Source: a virus
Virus record (IMG/VR): IMGVR_UViG_3300045988_134116
Length of the DNA stretch: 35,444 nucleotides
Strand: one strand, 5' to 3'
The notes below the pieces were generated by a model. That model was not told where the DNA came from, ran no database searches, and saw only the letters and a list, made by a program, of their open reading frames with translations. Shown here piece after piece: positions 31,308-35,444 of this stretch. Positions within the stretch are counted from its first letter, which is position 1; the number at the start of each line of letters is the position of its first letter. The translations under genes and the position numbers were made by a program.

Positions 31308-32420
31308 ATGAACAAAAAACTTACGGTACGTCAAATCGTTGACAAATACCAAAAGAACTGCGCTCGCATCTCGGCCATTGCCGACCTCTGCGAGCAGGAA
31401 AAGCGCGAACGCACCCAGGCTGAGAGCGCAGAGTACGAAGCACTCGTGCGTGACAATGAGTTGCTCCGCATGCGTATGCAAGCTGAAGCCGCTCAAGCGC
31501 AGCAGAACCCCAACATTATTGCTGACGCCAATAAATTGGTGCGTGAGAACATGGAGGCTGGCCGACAGACACAAATCGTGTTTATGCGCGACCTCATGGT
31601 AGTGAGCGACGCTACTTCGGGCGGCATCATTCCGCTCAAGATACAAGACATTCTCGACCCATTGGTAGAGGGCTTAATCCTCGACAAGGTGGGTCTCCCC
31701 ATGCCTACAGGCTTGGCGGGTGATTACGTATGGCCCACTTACGAAGCCGTTGAGGCACAAATCCAAGGCGATGGCGTTGCGCTCACCGACACGAAGGTGA
31801 AACTCTCAAAGCTCACCGCTTCACCTCAGCGCATTGGCGTAGCCATTCCTGTAACGCGTCAGACGATTATCCAGACGGAGGGCATCATCGAAACGATTGT
31901 GAAGAAAGTAATGCCTCAGTCAGTAGCCATGTTGCTGAACAAGATCTTGTTCTCTACCACCAAGGCTACCGCGGCTACTACTTTGGTAGGCCCATTCGTG
32001 GCGAAGGCTGCTAAACCGATCGCACTGAGCGCTACTCCTACCTTTGCCGACTTCAACAATATGAAGGCAAAGGTGTTGGCCTCTGGCGTTGATGGTAGCA
32101 ACTTGTGCTGGGTTATGACACAAGCGCAGAAGGCCATTGCCGAAGCCACTCCTAAGGACGCGGGCTCTGGCATCATGGTATGTGAGAACGACCACATCGC
32201 GGGCCTCCCCGTCTTCTGCACTCACTACATTGGTGAAGGCTTTGTTGGTCTTGGCGACTGGCGCTACCAGCCCATGGGCATGTTTGGCGACATCTCGTTT
32301 ATCATCGACCCCTATAGCCAGGCTCGCAAGGATGCCGTTGACTTCGTACTCAACGTCAACTACGGCACGACTACGCTCCGCCCCGAAGCCTTTGCACTGG
32401 GCAAAGTCGCCTCTGCGTAA
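31308..32420 (+). CDS. Major capsid protein (HK97 fold)
   Basis: 370 aa. It has an N-terminal coiled-coil delta-like region, GGIIPLKIQDILDPL, and a C-terminal DWRYQPMGMFGDISFIIDPYSQARKDAVDFVLNVNYG. Confidence 0.85.
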   Translation: MNKKLTVRQIVDKYQKNCARISAIADLCEQEKRERTQAESAEYEALVRDNELLRMRMQAEAAQAQQNPNIIADANKLVRENMEAGRQTQIVFMRDLMVVSDATSGGIIPLKIQDILDPLVEGLILDKVGLPMPTGLAGDYVWPTYEAVEAQIQGDGVALTDTKVKLSKLTASPQRIGVAIPVTRQTIIQTEGIIETIVKKVMPQSVAMLLNKILFSTTKATAATTLVGPFVAKAAKPIALSATPTFADFNNMKAKVLASGVDGSNLCWVMTQAQKAIAEATPKDAGSGIMVCENDHIAGLPVFCTHYIGEGFVGLGDWRYQPMGMFGDISFIIDPYSQARKDAVDFVLNVNYGTTTLRPEAFALGKVASA

Positions 32421-32618
32421 ACGCTCGGCGAATGTGCAAATGTGTAAATGTGCAAATGTGCAAATGATTGAATAATGTTTTAATTACTCAGTGTACAAAG
32501 GCGACCATTCGCACATTCGCACATTCGCACATTTGCACATTAACCCAGCGTACAAAGGCGACCATTTGCACATTTGCACATTCTCACATTTGCACATTCT
32601 CACATTTACACATTTCCC
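32421..32618. repeat. Intercistronic octamer-array element IOE-8 (reverse core plus a second partial core)
   Basis: A left arm of AATGTGCA/AATGTGTA octamers. Reverse core ATTGAATAATGTTTTAATTACTCAGTGTACAAAGGCGAC. A right arm, then a partial core CCCAGCGTACAAAGGCGAC, then a second right arm running to the ATG at 32619. Confidence 0.9.
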
Positions 32619-33041
32619 ATGACCTATCTATACAAACCCCTCGCTCGCAAAAACTTTAAGACTGGCGAGAACATGTTCTACCCCGCGCCATTACCTGCGG
32701 CCGTTACCGACTTCGAACTCTTGGCCGCTGAAATCAGCGCGAAGTGTACCCTCACGCGTGCCGACGCTATGGGTGTGCTGAAAGAACTTGAGCGTCAAAT
32801 CCTCCACGCGTTGCTATCGGGTTACACCGTTCGCCTTGGCTCATTGGGGGCGTTTCGCCTTACAGCGAAGTCAGTAGGCGTTGAGACCAAAGACGATGTA
32901 AGCAGTCAACTCGTCAAGAAAGCTCGCGTGCGCTACGTGCCTTCGACGTGGATTAATAATAAGCTATTACTCCAGAACGTCGACTTTAAGAATGTCTATA
33001 AAGCCAATAAGAAGAAAACCGATAAAACGCAACAAGCATGA
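32619..33041 (+). CDS. HU-family-like DNA-binding protein (Bacteroidota HU-HIG type), paralog 1
   Basis: 140 aa from the ATG at 32619. LLAAEISAKCTLTRADAMGVLKELERQILHALLSGYTVRLGSLGAFRLT is an HU-like fold pattern. The 32574 start lies inside the repeat. Confidence 0.6.
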   Translation: MTYLYKPLARKNFKTGENMFYPAPLPAAVTDFELLAAEISAKCTLTRADAMGVLKELERQILHALLSGYTVRLGSLGAFRLTAKSVGVETKDDVSSQLVKKARVRYVPSTWINNKLLLQNVDFKNVYKANKKKTDKTQQA

Positions 33042-33415
33042 TTAAATTAGTAACACGTAGTATAAAGAGCTCACGCGACCAAAAGTGGCGCTACTTCCCC
33101 GCTATCAGCTATAGCGGCACTATCACGCGCGACAAACTTTGCGAGCGCATAAGCGAGTCCACCACCTTTACCCATGCCGACGTACTCACGGCCCTTTGTG
33201 CCTTTGAGGAGGCCATTGCCGAAAAGTTACAAAGTGGCGGTATGGTAAAGCTCGGCTCACTTGGCACATTCCGCACTACATTGCGTTCAAAAGGGGGCGA
33301 GATAAGCAAAGACGACGTAAGCGCGAAGAACATTCGCTCGCTCCACGTCGCGTTTCTTCCCTCAAGCACGCTCAACAAGCAACTGCAAGAGCAAGCACAG
33401 TACGCAATGTCGTAA
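33038..33415 (+). CDS. HU-family-like DNA-binding protein, paralog 2
   Basis: 125 aa with an ATGA overlap with paralog 1. KLCERISESTTFTHADVLTALCAFEEAIAEKLQSGGMVKLGSLGTFRTTL parallels paralog 1. Confidence 0.6.
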   Translation: MIKLVTRSIKSSRDQKWRYFPAISYSGTITRDKLCERISESTTFTHADVLTALCAFEEAIAEKLQSGGMVKLGSLGTFRTTLRSKGGEISKDDVSAKNIRSLHVAFLPSSTLNKQLQEQAQYAMS

Positions 33416-33442
33416 AAAACGCGCTCTGCGATGCGCTTCCTA

Positions 33443-33507
33443 CCTCTCGGTGATGGGTTTCAGACTTCTCGGTGAGGGGTTTTCAACTTCTCGGTGAGGG
33501 GTAACGG
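33443..33507 (+). repeat. Three tandem ~22-bp repeats CTTCTCGGTGAGGGGTTTTCAA
   Basis: Units lie at about 33444-33464 (CTCTCGGTGATGGGTTTCAGA), 33465-33486 and 33487-33507. They are flanked by the inverted CGCGCTC / GAGCGCG. Confidence 0.85.
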
Positions 33508-33583
33508 AGCGCGCGGAGAGCCACGTTTGTAATGAGAAGTCATGGAAATAGTAATCTTTAGAGACTAAGCACACATTCATATT

Positions 33584-33898
33584 ATGTCAGAAGTAGCCCT
33601 ATCCCTATTTAAAAAACACGTTCGCGCAGATGATTTTAGCGACGACGACGACTACCTACAGCAATGCCTTGATGCCGCTGAGGCTTCAGTGGTGCGCGCT
33701 ACAAACCGCACACTCGATGAGCTAAAGCTAATGGGCGGTGGGTCACTGCCCGCCCCCTTGGTGCAAGCTATTCTGTTGGTAGGAGGCTCGGCTTACGACC
33801 ACCGCGAAAACGATGCTCCGCAGCAGTACAGTGAAATCCCGTGGGGCGCTTCATCTATCATCAAACAATACAGAAGACTATGCGTGCGGGAGGAATGA
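33584..33898 (+). CDS. Head-tail connector protein (gp6-like)
   Basis: 104 aa. LFKKHVRADDFSDDDDYLQQCLDAAEASVVRATNRTL matches the gp6-like connector pattern. Confidence 0.7.
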   Translation: MSEVALSLFKKHVRADDFSDDDDYLQQCLDAAEASVVRATNRTLDELKLMGGGSLPAPLVQAILLVGGSAYDHRENDAPQQYSEIPWGASSIIKQYRRLCVREE

Positions 33899-34200
33899 GA
33901 TATCACTTACAACTCTTTCGCCCCGTTCAGACTACGAACGAATATGGCGAAGAGCAAACCACTTACACCCCGACCCGAACGATCTGGGCCGAGCGTGTCA
34001 AGTGGGCGGGCAATCGGAGTGAAGAGGTGGGCGAACACTTTGCCGCTTACATCGTGACCTTCCGCATACGCGATGTACACCCCATTGGTGAGGGGTGGCG
34101 CGTGCAGCTCATGGGCGAACACCTCTACACCGTTATGGCCATTGAGCCTAACCGCAGTAAGGGAATGCTTTCGCTCCTCTGTCAGCGCGTCAACGTGTGA
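33895..34200 (+). CDS. Head-closure / head-tail adaptor protein (SPP1 gp16-like)
   Basis: An ATGA overlap start at 33895. MRYHLQLFRPVQTTNEYGEEQTTYTPTRTIWAERV...FRIRD...YTVMAIEP is typical of adaptor proteins. Confidence 0.65.
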   Translation: MRYHLQLFRPVQTTNEYGEEQTTYTPTRTIWAERVKWAGNRSEEVGEHFAAYIVTFRIRDVHPIGEGWRVQLMGEHLYTVMAIEPNRSKGMLSLLCQRVNV

Positions 34201-34388
34201 TGAGATTAGGTGTTAGGTGTTAGGAATTAGTGATTAGGGATTAGGGGGTTAAAAGGTCACCTTATGCCTCGCTCCCCACAAAAACAAACTTTTTAGCCCC
34301 CTAACCCCAACCTAACCCCAACCCCTAACCCCTAATCACTAATCCCTAACACCTAATCACTAATCACTAATCCCTAACACCTAAAGTA
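34201..34388. repeat. Intercistronic heptamer-array element IOE-9 (variant family: TTAGGNN / NNCTAAY)
   Basis: Left arm ATTAGGTG TTAGGTG TTAGGAA TTAGTGA TTAGGGA TTAGGGG. The unique core is about 50 nt. The right arm has about 12 heptamers (CCCTAAC, CCCTAAT, CACTAAT, ACCTAAT) ending 4 nt before the ATG at 34389. Confidence 0.9.
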
Positions 34389-34766
34389 ATGAAAACAGTA
34401 TTAAGCGCAGGCACTGCCGTCTACGAGGTGCTGAGCGAAAGGTTAGCTGATAAAGTAACGAAAGTATTTCCCGTCGTGACAGATGAGGCCGTGCTTCCTT
34501 ACGTCTGCTATCATCGCGAGGCCCTCGAAACGGCCGTTGCCAAAAATGCCAAAAGTGCCGATACGGCCACAATCGTAGTGGACTGTTATGCTGCTACTTA
34601 CAATGGCTCTGTGGCGTTGGCTGAGGCCGTACGCGAAGCGCTTGACAACGTGAGCATTACCACCTCGGCAGGGTTAACCGTCCGTTCTTCCTTCTTAGTT
34701 GATTCCGCTGAGTCGTGGACGGACGATGCTTACTTGCAGTCGCTCTCCTTTAAACTCCGTTGCTAA
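34389..34766 (+). CDS. Tail-completion / tail terminator-like protein (DUF3168-like)
   Basis: 125 aa. VFPVVTDEAVLPYVCYHRE...ATIVVDCYAATYNGSVALAEAVREAL resembles DUF3168 neck proteins. It lies in the head-tail joining block. Confidence 0.5.
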   Translation: MKTVLSAGTAVYEVLSERLADKVTKVFPVVTDEAVLPYVCYHREALETAVAKNAKSADTATIVVDCYAATYNGSVALAEAVREALDNVSITTSAGLTVRSSFLVDSAESWTDDAYLQSLSFKLRC

Positions 34767-35317
34767 TGGATAACGACAACGAGAAAGCGCTGCAGACCTT
34801 CCAGCGCGAATTGGCAAAGCTTTACGCCAGCCTCTCGCCTAAGGAGCAGCGCAAGGCCATTGCCGCCTCGATGAGGCGCGAGGCCAATCGCTTGAAAAAG
34901 GCCGCACAGACGAGGGTACGCACTTCGGGCCTCTCGGCCAAAACGGGGGTGGACAAGGGCGTCTACGCTCGCATCTACCCCAAGCGCTACGGCACGGGCT
35001 TTATGGTGAGCGTTAAGCCCCACGGAGCGAAGAAGGGCATACATACCAACCGCCAGGGCAAGCAGAAGCCTGTACTCCTATTTGCCGAGGAAGGTACGAA
35101 ACAGCGCAACGTGGGCCGTCGCAAGGGCAGCGCGCAATATCGCCAAGGCCGCTTCGCTCAGAAGAAGTGGCGCGACTATAGCCGCTCAGGCCATAGCACA
35201 GGGCGTATGTCTCCGTATAAGTTCCTCGCCATGACCGAACAGACCGAAGCGGCGGGCATCGAGCAGCGCCTTTGGAATGACTTCGAGCGCAACGTCGATA
35301 AGGCGGCGAAAAAGTAA
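34766..35317 (+). CDS. Neck/tail component (HK97 gp10-like), basic
   Basis: 183 aa from the ATG at 34766 (TAATG overlap). It is the last gene before the major tail gene across the junction. The assignment is by synteny and loose pattern only. Confidence 0.4.
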   Translation: MDNDNEKALQTFQRELAKLYASLSPKEQRKAIAASMRREANRLKKAAQTRVRTSGLSAKTGVDKGVYARIYPKRYGTGFMVSVKPHGAKKGIHTNRQGKQKPVLLFAEEGTKQRNVGRRKGSAQYRQGRFAQKKWRDYSRSGHSTGRMSPYKFLAMTEQTEAAGIEQRLWNDFERNVDKAAKK

Positions 35318-35444
35318 GTTTAATCAATGTGCAAATGTGCGAATGTGCGAATGTGCAAATTGTCGCCTTTGCACGCTGAGTAATTAAGACATTATTCAAT
35401 CATTTGCACATTTGCACATTCGCACATTTGCACATTGATTAAGC
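35318..35444. repeat. Left half, core and start of the right arm of intercistronic element IOE-1 (forward core)
   Basis: Left arm AATCAATGTGCAAATGTGCGAATGTGCGAATGTGCAAAT. Core TGTCGCCTTTGCACGCTGAGTAATTAAGACATTATTCAATCATT, then the right arm. Positions 35390-35444 duplicate 1-55. Confidence 0.9.

Noticed and set aside
34204-34385. Telomere-like TTAGGG / CCCTAA runs, which might suggest linear-plasmid or telomere biology
   Set aside because: The units are degenerate heptamers (TTAGGTG, TTAGTGA, TTAGGGA) and are internal to the genome. They are arranged as inverted arms exactly like the other intercistronic elements. There is no protelomerase gene, so the resemblance is treated as coincidence.

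Overview
The window reads as a complete, circularly permuted temperate siphovirus-type phage genome of about 35.39 kb. The first 55 nt are identical to the last 55 nt, and gene order runs on across that junction. The host is probably a Bacteroidota (Bacteroidales-like) bacterium. That host call is inferred from gene families (DUF4494-like, DUF4373-like, HU-like paralogs, Bacteroidales-type tyrosine integrase, WLLTGEG CI-type repressor) and from the lack of Shine-Dalgarno sequences.

Modules in window order:
- Major tail protein.
- A lysis cassette (amidase plus overlapping membrane and lipoprotein genes) and a DNA methyltransferase, sitting inside the tail module.
- Tail assembly chaperone with a -1 frameshift site on an A9 run.
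- 1137-aa tape measure protein, a Dit-like tail protein, a 1211-aa collagen-repeat tail fibre and a second fibre-like protein.
- attP carrying a 3' fragment of tRNA-Pro(UGG), then the integrase and hicAB.
- A CI-like repressor on the minus strand, bracketed by a perfect 25-bp inverted repeat.
- Xis-like HTH protein and small early genes.
- A tRNA-like RNA region.
- Replication genes (DUF4373-like organiser, DnaC-like ATPase) and a run of small hypothetical genes.
- RHH protein, HNH endonuclease, a candidate cos region, TerS and TerL.
- An AT-rich island with two orphan HicB-like genes and a 247-nt palindrome.
- HK97-type portal, prohead protease and major capsid protein.
- Two HU-like genes and the head-tail joining genes.

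The most unusual feature is a set of nine intercistronic elements, about 1.5 kb in total. Each fills a gene junction in the late region with inverted arrays of tandem 7-8 nt repeats around an asymmetric core. They fall into three sequence families that share one architecture, and the core occurs in both orientations. I do not recognise this as a described element class.

I found no rRNA, CRISPR array, transposase or reverse transcriptase. All protein calls rest on remembered family motifs and synteny, because no searches could be run.
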